The notes under the pieces: model-generated
The model's input: only the letters and a program-made list of their open reading frames with translations
What the model was told of the DNA's origin: nothing
Database searches by the model: none
Assembly (NCBI GenBank): GCA_029203165.1
Contig: CP119308.1
Coordinates: 2,885,467 to 2,949,466, forward strand
Direction of reading: 5' to 3'
Source of the DNA: Candidatus Microbacterium colombiense
Lineage (GTDB): Bacteria; Actinomycetota; Actinomycetes; Actinomycetales; Microbacteriaceae
Length of the DNA stretch: 64,000 nt
Shown here: positions 1 to 9,743 of the stretch, piece by piece
Position numbering within the stretch: the stretch's first letter is position 1
Layout of the letters: each line of letters begins with the position of its first letter
Translations under genes and position numbers: made by a program

Positions 1-105
1 GGCCGGGGCATTCGACGAGGTCGGGGAGGTGGAGCAGGCGGCGAGTCCGGCCGCCATCACGAGCGGGAGGACGACGGCTGCGGCGCGGACGGTGCGGCGG
101 TTCAT
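1..105 (-). CDS. Lipoprotein, N-terminal fragment (gene runs off the left edge of the window)
   Basis: Not in the ORF track because there is no stop in the window. The reverse strand reads ATG (105..103) MNRRTVRAAAVVLPLVMAAGLAACSTSPTSSNAPA. This has a basic n-region, a hydrophobic core and a lipobox L-A-A-C. AGGAGG (revcomp of 113..118) lies 7 nt upstream. Confidence 0.5.
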   Translation of the reverse strand, partial: MNRRTVRAAAVVLPLVMAAGLAACSTSPTSSNAPA

Positions 106-257
106 GCGGGGGCCTCCTGAAGGGCTGGGATGCAGGGTGTGGGTCATGCTGTGGTGCACGGTGTGGTTCACGTTATTGAGAGCGCGGAGCGCCAGGCGAC
201 CGTGTCGTCACGGGCCGTCGCCACCGGACACCGGACGACTCCGGACGTCACGCGACG

Positions 258-1667
258 TCATGCGCTTGCCGTCACGAGGGCCGATTCCGTAGAGGCGTGA
301 TCGAGAGGGGCACGACCGAGATCGAGCCGTTCACGCAGGGTCTCGCCGTCGCGGCCGAGCAGCCCTCGTCGTCGCAACTCGGGCGCGGCAAGACGGGTGA
401 ACGCCTCGAACTGCGCCGGTTGGAAGGCGGAGAGCACGTTGAACCCGTCAGCGGCACCCTCGTCGCGCCAGGTCTCGAAGTGGTCGGCGATCGTCGCCGC
501 TCCGCCCACCACGAACGCCGCGGGCACGGCGTGCGCCGCGACGAGGTGCCGCCAGGCGAGCGGATGCCGCGTCGCCACACCGAGCCCGGCGATGCGCGCC
601 AGTCTTTCGATCAACGCGTCACCGGTCGCGCCGAGCCGCGAGGCCTGATCCGCGGTGACCTCGTCGTCGAACGCGGCGTCGCGCAGCGGGTCGTCTGCCG
701 AAACGGCGAACGCGTCCGCGAGGGCTGCCACCGAGCGGTTCGCCGGGAAGGCGGTGCGCTCGCGCTGGTGACCCTCCGCGAGAGGCACGAGGGCGAGCAG
801 CCGCTCCACGATGCGATGCGCGTCGGCGTCGGTGTCGGCGACCACGGGCAGCACGGGAGCGATGACCTTCAGCGATTCGGGGGCGCGACCGGCATCGGCG
901 GCGAGCGCCCGCAGGACGCGGCGCACCTCGATCGCGTCGGTGAGCGTCGGCGCGGCGATCAGGGCGAGATCCGCCTCGCTCGCCGCCAGCGCGCGCGACC
1001 GAGGAGATGTGCCGGCGTGCACGATCGGGATCTGCCCCTGCGGCGGCCTCGCCACATTGAGCGGACCGCTGACACCCAAGTGCGCGCCCTGGAGTGCCGC
1101 GGGGCGTAGTCCGTCGGGGTCGATGAGCACCCCTCGCTCGGCATCCGCGATCCAGGCGTCCTCACTCCACGAGTCCCACAGCCGGCGCAGAGCCGTGACG
1201 AACTCCTCGGCGCGGTCGTAGCGGTTCTCGTTGTCGGCATGGGCATCACGACCGTGGTTGCCCGCGGCGCGCGGCTCGGCACCGGTGACCAGGTTGACGC
1301 CGGCGCGCCCCCGGGTGAGCACGTCGAGCGAGGCCAGCGACCGCGCCGTCGTGTACGGATCGGCATAGGTGGTGTTGACCGTCGCGATCAGACCGATGCG
1401 CGAGGTGATGCCCGCGAGGAACAGCACCGCGCTGACAGGATCGATGCGGGCGAGCAGATACGGATCGCGGAACTCCAGATCCGGCCCGGTCGCCAGCCAG
1501 TCGCCGAAGAACAGGTAGTCGAGCCCGGCATCCTCCCCCGCCTTCGCGACACGACGCAGGATGTCGGCGTCAGCGGCGGGATCGCGGTGGGCCCCGTCCT
1601 GTCGCCAGCCGGAGGGATACGCGCCGAGCGTGCGCACCATGGCGCCGATGATGAGAGGTTCGGTCAT
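258..1667 (-). CDS. LLM-class (luciferase-like) flavin-dependent monooxygenase, NtaA/SnaA/DszA family
   Basis: ORF 258..1757 trimmed to the in-frame ATG at 1667 (MTEPLIIGAM...). Family-typical segments recognised by eye: DYLFFGDWLA, TVNTTYADPYTTARSLASLDVLTRGRAGVNLVTG and NENRYDRAEEF. High GC3. Confidence 0.8.
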   Translation of the reverse strand: MTEPLIIGAMVRTLGAYPSGWRQDGAHRDPAADADILRRVAKAGEDAGLDYLFFGDWLATGPDLEFRDPYLLARIDPVSAVLFLAGITSRIGLIATVNTTYADPYTTARSLASLDVLTRGRAGVNLVTGAEPRAAGNHGRDAHADNENRYDRAEEFVTALRRLWDSWSEDAWIADAERGVLIDPDGLRPAALQGAHLGVSGPLNVARPPQGQIPIVHAGTSPRSRALAASEADLALIAAPTLTDAIEVRRVLRALAADAGRAPESLKVIAPVLPVVADTDADAHRIVERLLALVPLAEGHQRERTAFPANRSVAALADAFAVSADDPLRDAAFDDEVTADQASRLGATGDALIERLARIAGLGVATRHPLAWRHLVAAHAVPAAFVVGGAATIADHFETWRDEGAADGFNVLSAFQPAQFEAFTRLAAPELRRRGLLGRDGETLRERLDLGRAPLDHASTESALVTASA

Positions 1668-1773
1668 GCCCGTCACGGTAGGAGTGCACCGACGCGGGTG
1701 AGAAGCGTCATGAAGTCGCAGGTCACACGGCGCAACAGTCCGACACACGAGTCGCACCCCCTACGCTGAGAGG

Positions 1774-2781
1774 ATGACTGGTCTTCGTTGGGGAATCCTC
1801 GCGACCGGCGGCATCGCCGGCGCCTTCGCATCCGATCTGCGCACGGCGGGGCTCGACCTCGTCGCCGTCGGCTCCCGCTCTCAGGAATCGGCCGACGCCT
1901 TCGCCGCACGCTTCGACATCCCGCGCGCGCACCCCTCCTACGAGGCGCTCGTCACGGATCCCGACGTCGACATCATCTACGTGTCCACGCCGCACCCGAT
2001 GCATCACGCGAACGCACGCCTGGCGCTGGAGAACGGCAAGCACGTCCTCGTCGAGAAGGCGTTCACGCTGAACCGCGCCGAGGCCGAAGACCTGCAGCGG
2101 CTCGCCGCCGAACGCGGACTGCTCGTGACCGAGGCGATGTGGACGCGGTATCTGCCGCACATGGTGCGCGTCCGCGAGATCATCGCGGAGGGCACTCTCG
2201 GCGAGATCCGGGCGGTCAGCGCCGACCACACGCAGCTGCTGCCGTCCGACCCGACGCACCGCCTCAACGCCCTCGAACTCGGCGGAGGTGCGCTGCTCGA
2301 CCTGGCGATCTACCCGCTGTCGTTCATCTGGGACATCCTGGGCGCACCGACCAGCATCCACAGCGTCGCGCGTCTGATCGAGACCGGCGCCGACGCCGAG
2401 GTCGCCACGGTCATGACCCACGAGGGCGGCGCGGTCTCCACCAGCCTCTCCTCGTCACGGGCCGCCGGCCCCAACACCGCCGTCATCCTCGGCACCGCGG
2501 CACGCATCGAGATCGAGCGCTTCTTCTGGGCGCCGTCGGTGGTGCGCGTCCTCGACCCCGAGGGCGTCGTGATCGAGGAGTTCGACGGTCGTATCGACGC
2601 CGAGACCGCGGGGCGCGGCATGGAGCACGAAGCCCGCGCCGCCGAGCGCCTGGTGGCCGAGGGACTGCTGGAGGGCGATGTGCTCCCGATCGCCGAGAGC
2701 GTCGCGATCATGGGCGCGCTCGACGAGATCCGTCGACAGATCGGGGTGCGGTACCCCGGAGAGGATGCCGGCAATGGCTGA
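1774..2781 (+). CDS. Gfo/Idh/MocA family NAD(P)-dependent oxidoreductase
   Basis: 335-aa ORF with an N-terminal Rossmann motif (WGILATGGIAGAF) and the EKA/P motif region (HVLVEKAFTL) typical of the family. Confidence 0.85.
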   Translation: MTGLRWGILATGGIAGAFASDLRTAGLDLVAVGSRSQESADAFAARFDIPRAHPSYEALVTDPDVDIIYVSTPHPMHHANARLALENGKHVLVEKAFTLNRAEAEDLQRLAAERGLLVTEAMWTRYLPHMVRVREIIAEGTLGEIRAVSADHTQLLPSDPTHRLNALELGGGALLDLAIYPLSFIWDILGAPTSIHSVARLIETGADAEVATVMTHEGGAVSTSLSSSRAAGPNTAVILGTAARIEIERFFWAPSVVRVLDPEGVVIEEFDGRIDAETAGRGMEHEARAAERLVAEGLLEGDVLPIAESVAIMGALDEIRRQIGVRYPGEDAGNG

Positions 2782-3745
2782 GGTCACCGACTCCCGCGTC
2801 GCGGTCTATCTCGACTTCGACAACATCGTCATCTCCTGGTACGACCGGGTGCACGGGCGTAACGCCTATGCGAAGGATCGCCAGCGCATCTCCGAGCAGC
2901 CGAACGACCCCGAGATCGCCGAGCGGCTCAGCCAGGCCATGATCGAGGTCGGCGCGATCATCGACTACGCCGCCTCCTTCGGCACCCTGGTACTCACCCG
3001 CGCCTACGCTGACTGGTCCTCTCCCGTGAACGCGGTGTATCGCTCGCAGCTCGTCGCCCGCGCGGTCGATCTTGTGCAGCTCTTCCCCGCCGCCGCCTAT
3101 GCGAAGAACGGTGCGGACATCCGTCTCGCGGTCGACGCGGTGGAGGACATGTTCCGTCTTCCCGATCTCACGCACGTCGTGATCGTCGCGGGCGACAGCG
3201 ACTACGTGCCGCTCGCGCAGCGCTGCAAGCGTCTGGGCCGCTACGTGATCGGTGTCGGCGTCGCCGGCTCCACCGCGAAGTCGCTCGCAGCCGCATGCGA
3301 CGAGTTCGAGGCGTACGACTCGCTCTCCGGTGTCGTACGCCCGATCAAGGCTGCTCCCCCGGTCGCCACGCCCGTCGTCGAGACACCCGCGGAAGCCACC
3401 GCCGACGCAGCGGCCGAGGCGGTCGCCGAAGCGCCGAAGACCAAGACCCGCTCGCGGGCCAAGGCCAAGCCCGCTGCCGCCAAGGCCGAGCCGCCCAAGC
3501 TCGACGAGCAGGAGGAGGCGACCCAGCTGCTCGAGCGCGCGCTGCGCCTCGGCCACGACAAGGGCGATGCCGACGAGTGGTTGCACAGCTCGGCCGTGAA
3601 GACGCACATGCGGCGCATGGATCCGTCATTCAGCGAGAAGGCGCTCGGATACCGCTCGTTCTCCGACTTCCTGAAGTCGCGCGACTCGATCACCGAGCTC
3701 GAGGAGACGGGGCACGAACGCCTCGTGCGCCTGCGCGAACACTAG
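2774..3745 (+). CDS. NYN (LabA-like) domain protein with C-terminal OST-HTH/LOTUS-like domain
   Basis: ORF 2678..3745 trimmed to ATG 2774 (MAEVTDSRVAVYLDFDNI...), which overlaps the upstream stop by 8 nt (ATGGCTGA). NYN hallmarks are VAVYLDFDN and VIVAGDSDYVPL. An Ala/Pro/Lys/Glu-rich linker follows, then a C-terminal WLHSSAVKTHMRRMDPSFSEKALGYRSFSDFLKSR segment that looks like OST-HTH. Confidence 0.7.
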   Translation: MAEVTDSRVAVYLDFDNIVISWYDRVHGRNAYAKDRQRISEQPNDPEIAERLSQAMIEVGAIIDYAASFGTLVLTRAYADWSSPVNAVYRSQLVARAVDLVQLFPAAAYAKNGADIRLAVDAVEDMFRLPDLTHVVIVAGDSDYVPLAQRCKRLGRYVIGVGVAGSTAKSLAAACDEFEAYDSLSGVVRPIKAAPPVATPVVETPAEATADAAAEAVAEAPKTKTRSRAKAKPAAAKAEPPKLDEQEEATQLLERALRLGHDKGDADEWLHSSAVKTHMRRMDPSFSEKALGYRSFSDFLKSRDSITELEETGHERLVRLREH

Positions 3746-4980
3746 GGCGTCGAGCGCAGGGCCCGCCAGGAGAGCGCGGCGGCGAGCGCCGTGATGATGC
3801 CGACGGCCGCGAAGGCGAGACGCGGATCGGTCGCGTCGGCCAGCGACCCCACCAGGAGCCCGGTCACCACGGTCGACCCGGGCAGCGCCATCGCCCACAG
3901 TCCCATCACGCGCCCGCGGATCGGCGCGGGAGTCGTCAACATGACGTAGGCGTTGGCGCGGGCGATGAACCACATCACGACCGCGCCGACGGCTGCGAGA
4001 CCGACGAACAGCATCGGCAGCGTCCACGAGACGGCAGAGAAGATCACGGCTGCGGCCATCGCGACGGCCATGCCGCGCACCTCCGCGCTGCGCGGCATCG
4101 TCGGTCCGGTCGCCGAGAAGAAGGCGCCGGGCAGCGCACCGAGGCCGAAGGCGACGGCGAGCGCGCCATAGGTGCCGCCGTCGCCGCCGAACACGTCGAC
4201 GACGACGAGCGGGATCACCACCGCGATGTTGTAGCAGGCGGCCGCGCACACCGCGAGCAACAGGGTGCTGCGGATAGCCGGTGTGCCCATCGCGAAGCGC
4301 CACGCGCCTGGCACGCGGACGTCGGTTGTCGCGTCCGGGGCGGTGTCGGGCGAATCCGCAGAGCGCAGGTGGAGCGAGAGCAGCACGAAGATCGAGGGGA
4401 TGAACACGACCGCGTTCACGACGAAGCACCAGGCCGCGTCCGACACCACGAGCAGGATGCCGGCGATCGCGGGCCCCAGCACGCGGGAGCCGTTGATCAG
4501 CACCTCGTTCATGCTCACGGCGCTGGTCATCCGCTCTCGTCCGACGATGTCCATCACCAGCAGCTGCCGCGCGGGGTTGTCGGCGGCGAACGCCAGTCCG
4601 TGTGCGAGCGAGAGCGCCGCGAGCATCCAGATCTCGAGCACTCCCCCGAAGGTGAGCGCCGCCAGCGCTCCGGCGACGAGCATCTGCGCGACAGCGGTGA
4701 CGAGCAGCACCGACCGGCGTGTGTACCGATCGACGAGACCGCCGATGAACGGACCGAGGATCAGCGTGGGCAGCATCATGCACGCCGTGACCGCACCCAG
4801 CGCCATGCCGTCGCCCCCGAGCTCGACCACGAGCCAGGCCATCGCGATCTGCGACGCAGCACCTCCGGTGCCCGACAACAGCTGCGCGATGCTCCAGCGA
4901 CGGTAGTCGCGGATGCGCATCGCCTGGAACGACCGGGTCAGCGCCTCGCGCGTGAAACGGTCACGCCACGACGGCATCAA
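3742..4980 (-). CDS. MFS transporter (EntS/MFS_3-like)
   Basis: 412-aa ORF, very hydrophobic with roughly 12 helices. It has an MFS motif-A-like GPFIGGLVDRYTRR after TM2. It is the last gene of the minus-strand sugar operon, and its stop overlaps the convergent NYN stop (CTAG). Confidence 0.8.
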   Translation of the reverse strand: MMPSWRDRFTREALTRSFQAMRIRDYRRWSIAQLLSGTGGAASQIAMAWLVVELGGDGMALGAVTACMMLPTLILGPFIGGLVDRYTRRSVLLVTAVAQMLVAGALAALTFGGVLEIWMLAALSLAHGLAFAADNPARQLLVMDIVGRERMTSAVSMNEVLINGSRVLGPAIAGILLVVSDAAWCFVVNAVVFIPSIFVLLSLHLRSADSPDTAPDATTDVRVPGAWRFAMGTPAIRSTLLLAVCAAACYNIAVVIPLVVVDVFGGDGGTYGALAVAFGLGALPGAFFSATGPTMPRSAEVRGMAVAMAAAVIFSAVSWTLPMLFVGLAAVGAVVMWFIARANAYVMLTTPAPIRGRVMGLWAMALPGSTVVTGLLVGSLADATDPRLAFAAVGIITALAAALSWRALRSTP

Positions 4981-4989
4981 CGACGTCCC

Positions 4990-6003
4990 TCACTGATTGC
5001 TGAAGGCCGCGTCGAAGGACGCGGTGGGCTTCGGCCACAGCAGCGACCGCACGAAACCGACGGCCTCGGCAGCACCGTGCAGTCGGTCCATGCCGGCGTC
5101 CTCCCACTCGATCGAGATGGGGCCGGTGTAGCCGATCGCGTCGAGAGCGCGGAACGAGTCCTCCCACGGCACGTCTCCGTGCCCGGTCGAGACGAAGTCC
5201 CAGCCGCGCCGAGGGTCACCCCACGGCAGGTGGGAGCCGAGCACACCCGCGCGACCGTTCTGCGGACGCATCCGAGTGTCCTTGCAGTCGACGTGGTAGA
5301 TCCGATCGGCGAAGTCGACGATGAAGCCGACCGGGTCGATGTTCTGCCACATCATGTGCGAGGGGTCCCAGTTGAAACCGAAGGCTTCGCGGTGGTCGAT
5401 GGCGTCCAGGGCGCGCACGCTCGACCAGTAGTCGTAGGCGATCTCCCCCGGGTGCACCTCGTGGGCGAAACGCACGCCCTCGCCGTCGAACACGTCGAGG
5501 ATCGGGTTCCAGCGGGCGGCGAAGTCCTCGAACCCGGCCTCGATCGCCGAAGCGGGCACGGGCGGGAACATCGCCACATACGGCCAGATCGACGACCCCG
5601 TGAAGCCCACGACCGTGTCGATGTCGAGCTTGCGGGCCACCCGCGCCGCGCGCTTCATGTCCTCCGCCGCACGCTGCCGCACGCCCTCGGCCTCGCCGTC
5701 GCCCCACACGTGGTCGCGCAGGATCGCCCGGTGGCGGAAGTCGATCGGCGCATCGCACACGGCTTGACCGGCGAGATGGTTCGATATCGCGAAGATCTTC
5801 AGCCCGTGACGGTCGAGGATCTCCCGGCGCGATGCCAGGTACGCGTCATCCTCGTCGGCACGTTGCAGGTCGAGGTGGTCGCCTGATGCCGCCACCTCGA
5901 GTCCGTCGTATCCCCACGATGCGGCGAGCCGGGCCACCTCCTCGAACGGCAGGTCGGCCCACTGCCCCGTGAACAGGGTGACGGGATGCGTGCTGGTCAT
6001 CAT
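4990..6003 (-). CDS. Sugar phosphate isomerase/epimerase family protein (xylose-isomerase-like TIM barrel; LgdB1/CarB-like by eye)
   Basis: 337-aa ORF. Typical fold segments: [31 protein letters not shown] and ISIEWED. 4-nt overlap with the upstream gene (6000..6003). Confidence 0.8.
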   Translation of the reverse strand: MMTSTHPVTLFTGQWADLPFEEVARLAASWGYDGLEVAASGDHLDLQRADEDDAYLASRREILDRHGLKIFAISNHLAGQAVCDAPIDFRHRAILRDHVWGDGEAEGVRQRAAEDMKRAARVARKLDIDTVVGFTGSSIWPYVAMFPPVPASAIEAGFEDFAARWNPILDVFDGEGVRFAHEVHPGEIAYDYWSSVRALDAIDHREAFGFNWDPSHMMWQNIDPVGFIVDFADRIYHVDCKDTRMRPQNGRAGVLGSHLPWGDPRRGWDFVSTGHGDVPWEDSFRALDAIGYTGPISIEWEDAGMDRLHGAAEAVGFVRSLLWPKPTASFDAAFSNQ

Positions 6004-6959
6004 GCGCCCTTCGGATAGTTCTCCGCGATCCAGGCCCAGCTGGTCTTCGCGCTGGCGAACGGCTCCATGCTCGGCTTGTCCACCTCGATGATCACATCAC
6101 CGGCGAAGTCATCCGGCAACCCGGCGAGCGCGTCGACGATCGGCACGTCCCCGAGTCCGGGCTCGAGGAAGAAGCGCCGACTCATCACGTCGAAGTACGG
6201 CGTGTGTGTCGCGCGCGCCTCCGCCGCGATCGCCAGGTCCATGTCCTTCACGTGCAGGTCGGAGATGCGGTCGGCGTGCGCGGCGACCCACGCCACGACA
6301 TCCGCCCCGGTCCAGGCCAGGTGCCCGATGTCAGGCCCCGCGGCGAGGAGAGAAGGCGAGATCGCGTCGAGCACGTATTCGTACTCGTCCTCGGTCTCGA
6401 CCCAGGTGCCGACGTGGTTGTGGAGCGCTGCCGTCACGCCCTCGGCCTTCAGCACCTCGGCTGCCTCGCCGATGATGTTCGCGACCCGGTCGAGTCGCGC
6501 ACGGTCGAAGGCGTGACCGATCGCGGCCGCGTCATCGATCCGCGGACGCCCAGGCGCCATATCGGCTGCGAGGAAGACGCGGTCGAGTCCCATGTAGGTC
6601 GTCTCCTCGGCCCGGCGGCGGATGCCGTCGAACCAGCGGAAGTGCGACTCGGCGTCACCGGAGTGGTCGCGGTCGAACTCCTCGGGAAGCCCGATGTGCA
6701 CGTAGCCGGGCGAGAGCCGGAGCCCCGAGTCCGCCACGACGCGGGCGTAGCTCTGCAGCGTCTGCGTGGGCAGCACCTCGAGCATCACCGACGAGTATCC
6801 GGCCTCGGCGACCTGCCCGAGGATGACGGGCTGCTTGGGCAGGAAGCTCGACAGATCGAACTCCCATCCCACGCTTCCCGGTTCGCCCGTGGACTCGCCG
6901 AGCGAGACCGTGATCCACTGCAGCGTGTTGAGTGAGAAATGATCCTGTGTCAGCGCCAT
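6000..6959 (-). CDS. IolE-like TIM-barrel enzyme (inosose-dehydratase family sugar dehydratase/isomerase)
   Basis: 319-aa ORF. By eye it is collinear with B. subtilis IolE: [19 protein letters not shown] vs [34 protein letters not shown] vs DTGHIAVSD..HVHFKD, and [13 protein letters not shown] vs TVPGDGDL..VVEAE. Confidence 0.75.
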   Translation of the reverse strand: MALTQDHFSLNTLQWITVSLGESTGEPGSVGWEFDLSSFLPKQPVILGQVAEAGYSSVMLEVLPTQTLQSYARVVADSGLRLSPGYVHIGLPEEFDRDHSGDAESHFRWFDGIRRRAEETTYMGLDRVFLAADMAPGRPRIDDAAAIGHAFDRARLDRVANIIGEAAEVLKAEGVTAALHNHVGTWVETEDEYEYVLDAISPSLLAAGPDIGHLAWTGADVVAWVAAHADRISDLHVKDMDLAIAAEARATHTPYFDVMSRRFFLEPGLGDVPIVDALAGLPDDFAGDVIIEVDKPSMEPFASAKTSWAWIAENYPKGA

Positions 6960-6989
6960 CGCTGGGCTCCGTCCTTCGCCGTCTGTCGT

Positions 6990-7937
6990 TCAGGAACCGG
7001 TGACGTCGGCGACCCAGGCCGCCGTGTGGCGGGCGCTCGCCACCGGATCCATGCTCGCCCTGTCCACCTCGATGATGATCCATCCACCGAAGCCGTCGGG
7101 CAGTGCCGAGAGGGCGCCGACGATGTCGACCTGTCCCAGGCCCGGCTCGAGGTAGAGCCCCAGGTCGGTCGCACGCTCGTAGCTGAGCCCCTCGTCGCGG
7201 CTGCGGCGGGCCAGGTCCAGGTTCAGGTCCTTGACGTGCAGATCCTGCACGCGATCCGCCCACTTCGCGATGGTCTGCGTGGCGTCGATGGCCGCCCATT
7301 CCAGGTGGCCGATGTCGAAGGATGCTCCCAACCGCGAGGCGTCGATGCTGTTCAGCACGTGCTCGTACTCCTGCTCGGTCTCGATCCAGGTGCCGACGTG
7401 GTTGTGCAGGCCCGGGCGCACGCCCTCCGCATTCAGCACGTCGACGGCCTCGTCGATCAGATCCGTGAGCTCATCCAGGCGGTCCTGCGAGAAGTCGTAC
7501 CCGACGGCCGGCTTCTTCCACCGGATCGCGGTCTGGTCGACCTCCGCGGCGAGGAAGATGGTCTGCAGACCGAAGTAGTTCGACTCCTCGGCCTTGCGGC
7601 GCACCGCGTCGAACCAGTGGATGCGCTCGAACGATCCGCGCTCCAGGCGCCCGCCGTGGTCGCTCGCGAGCGGCACCTGCACGTAGCCGGGGGCCAGCTC
7701 CAGGCCGGACTCCTTCACCATGGCGGCGTAGTTCTGCAGCGTCTGGGTGTCGAGGACCTCGAGCATGGTGGCCGAGAACCCGGCATCCCGGATCTCGGCG
7801 AGCACCTGCGGGTACTCGGCGACGAACGAGGGATCCGCGAAGCGCCACAGGCTCGCACTGTCGAGATCGGTCGGGTCCTCCTTGACGTTGATCCACTGGA
7901 TCGCGTTGAGCGCGAACTTCAGGTCTTTCATCTGCAT
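6990..7937 (-). CDS. IolE-like TIM-barrel enzyme, tandem paralog of 6000..6959
   Basis: ORF 6990..8330 trimmed to ATG 7937 (MQMKDLKFALNAIQWINV...). The upstream part of the ORF overlaps the permease gene out of frame. It shares the [41 protein letters not shown] and IIIEVD blocks with the neighbouring paralog. Confidence 0.75.
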   Translation of the reverse strand: MQMKDLKFALNAIQWINVKEDPTDLDSASLWRFADPSFVAEYPQVLAEIRDAGFSATMLEVLDTQTLQNYAAMVKESGLELAPGYVQVPLASDHGGRLERGSFERIHWFDAVRRKAEESNYFGLQTIFLAAEVDQTAIRWKKPAVGYDFSQDRLDELTDLIDEAVDVLNAEGVRPGLHNHVGTWIETEQEYEHVLNSIDASRLGASFDIGHLEWAAIDATQTIAKWADRVQDLHVKDLNLDLARRSRDEGLSYERATDLGLYLEPGLGQVDIVGALSALPDGFGGWIIIEVDRASMDPVASARHTAAWVADVTGS

Positions 7938-7954
7938 GACGGGTCCGTTCGGTT

Positions 7955-8782
7955 CTACTTCAGTCCCGCGGTGGCGACACCCTGGATGAAGTACTTCTGG
8001 AGGAAGAGGAAGAGGATGAGGATCGGCAGCAGCACGACCACGGCGCCGGCGAGCAGCAGTCCGAAGGAGATCGTGTTGGATGCCTGGGATGCCACGGACA
8101 GACCGACCGGGGCCGTGTAGGTGTCCTGCGACTGGGCGACGACGAGCGGCCAGAGGAAGTTGTTCCACGAGGTGAGGAACGACAGGATCGCCACCGTCGC
8201 GAGTCCGGGGCCGGTGAGCGGGAGGAAGATCCGGAAGAACAGTCGCCCCTCCCCCGCACCGTCCAGGCGCGCGGCCTCCATGAGCTCGAACGGCACACCG
8301 TGCGCGAACTGACGCATGATGAACACGCACAGCGGCAGGATGAGCACGGGAAGGATGATCGCGACGAGCGAGTTCACGAGTCCCATCTGCACGACCACGA
8401 CGAACTGCGGCACGAACAGCGCCACGTACGGCACGATCATCGAGATGATCACGAGCGGGAAGACGAAGTTCTTCCCCCGGAACCGCAGCTTCGCCAGGGC
8501 GTAGCCGGCCATCGCGCTGAAGAGCACGTTGCCCACGATCGCGACGCCCGAGACGACGAAGCTGTTCATCATGTATGTGCCGAACTCGCGGTCGGCGAAC
8601 AGTTGGATGTAGTTGTCGATCTGGAAGGACTCAGGGAACCAGGCCCCCGGGTTGCCCAGGAACTCCGCCTGCGTCTTGAAGGATCCGAAGAACACCCAGA
8701 CGAAGGGCAGGAGCATGAACACGGTGACGACGGTGAGGGCTGTGTAGTTCAGCGCCTGACGCGACGGAGACAGAGTCTTCAA
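7955..8782 (-). CDS. Carbohydrate ABC transporter permease (MalG/CUT1 type)
   Basis: This is the C-terminal part of the 659-aa read-through ORF 7955..9934. Likely TTG start at 8782 (TTGA overlap with the upstream stop), giving MKTLSPSRQALNYTALTVVTVFMLLPFVWVFFGSFK... It carries the EAA-loop-like AARLDGAGEGRLFFRIFLPL. Confidence 0.8.
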   Translation of the reverse strand: MKTLSPSRQALNYTALTVVTVFMLLPFVWVFFGSFKTQAEFLGNPGAWFPESFQIDNYIQLFADREFGTYMMNSFVVSGVAIVGNVLFSAMAGYALAKLRFRGKNFVFPLVIISMIVPYVALFVPQFVVVVQMGLVNSLVAIILPVLILPLCVFIMRQFAHGVPFELMEAARLDGAGEGRLFFRIFLPLTGPGLATVAILSFLTSWNNFLWPLVVAQSQDTYTAPVGLSVASQASNTISFGLLLAGAVVVLLPILILFLFLQKYFIQGVATAGLK

Positions 8783-9735
8783 TGTTTCGGCCTCAGCAAT
8801 CGGAACTGGACGATCGCGACGATGCCCACGAGCAGGAGGAGCAGGACGGATCCGGCCATCGAGGCCGACACGTTCCCGAATCCGAACTGTTCGTAGACCC
8901 AGACCGCGATCGATTTGGTGGAGCCGAGCGGACCGCCCTTCGTCAGCAGGTACGGCTCCTCGAAGATGTTCAGGAACGACACCGTCATGAGGACGGTGAT
9001 CAGCAGTGTCGTCGGGCGCAGGAGCGGCAGCGTGATCGACCAGAGTCGGCGCCAGGTTCCGGCACCGTCGGTCGCGGCGGCCTCGTAGATCTCCTCCGGC
9101 ACGGCCTGGAGACCGGCGAGGAACAGGATCATGCACGTTCCGGTGGTGCGCCAGACGCCCATGAGGACGACGGTGGTCACGGCCCAGCCGGGCTGCCCCA
9201 GCCAGTTCGGCTCCCCGATGCCGAGGTCGCCCAGCGTGGAGTTCACCGGCCCGGTGATCGAGAACGCGTACTGCCAGATCACTGCCGCCGCCACGATGTT
9301 GGTGATGACGGGGATGTACACGGCCGCACGGAAGAACGTCTTCAGGCGTCGGATGCCGTTGTTGAGCATGAGCGCCAGCGCGAGGCCGAGTCCCATGCTG
9401 ATCGGAACACACAGCACGACGAACATGATCGTGTTGAAGAAGGCTCCCTGGAACCCGGGGTTCGCGATGATCTTCGCGAACCCCTCGAATCCGGTGAAGT
9501 TGACCCCCAGCGGGTCGCGGATGTCCCGCGCGGTCATGTCCGTCAGGCTGGCGCCGATGGCCAGGATGGCGGGGATCGCGGTGAAGAGCAGGAAGAGGGC
9601 GAGGAACGGGGAGAGGAAGAGCCACGCCGTGGTGGTCTCCGCCCTGCTCCCCTCGCGCATCTTCCTGGTGCCTCCGGGGCGTCGTCGGGTAGACGCCCCG
9701 GAGGTGACCATGGTGCGAGTCGCTGTGGTGGACAT
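8779..9735 (-). CDS. Carbohydrate ABC transporter permease (MalF/CUT1 type)
   Basis: 318-aa ORF with six hydrophobic helices and the EAA motif YEAAATDGAGTWRRLWSITLPLL. Confidence 0.85.
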   Translation of the reverse strand: MSTTATRTMVTSGASTRRRPGGTRKMREGSRAETTTAWLFLSPFLALFLLFTAIPAILAIGASLTDMTARDIRDPLGVNFTGFEGFAKIIANPGFQGAFFNTIMFVVLCVPISMGLGLALALMLNNGIRRLKTFFRAAVYIPVITNIVAAAVIWQYAFSITGPVNSTLGDLGIGEPNWLGQPGWAVTTVVLMGVWRTTGTCMILFLAGLQAVPEEIYEAAATDGAGTWRRLWSITLPLLRPTTLLITVLMTVSFLNIFEEPYLLTKGGPLGSTKSIAVWVYEQFGFGNVSASMAGSVLLLLLVGIVAIVQFRLLRPKH

Positions 9736-9743
9736 GGCAGGTG

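Noticed and set aside
3295-5886. 863-aa plus-strand ORF spanning the MFS and TIM-barrel genes
   Set aside because: It is antisense to two genes with clear family signatures. Its translation is Arg/Gly/His/Asp-rich low-complexity sequence with no motif. This is a typical high-GC shadow ORF.
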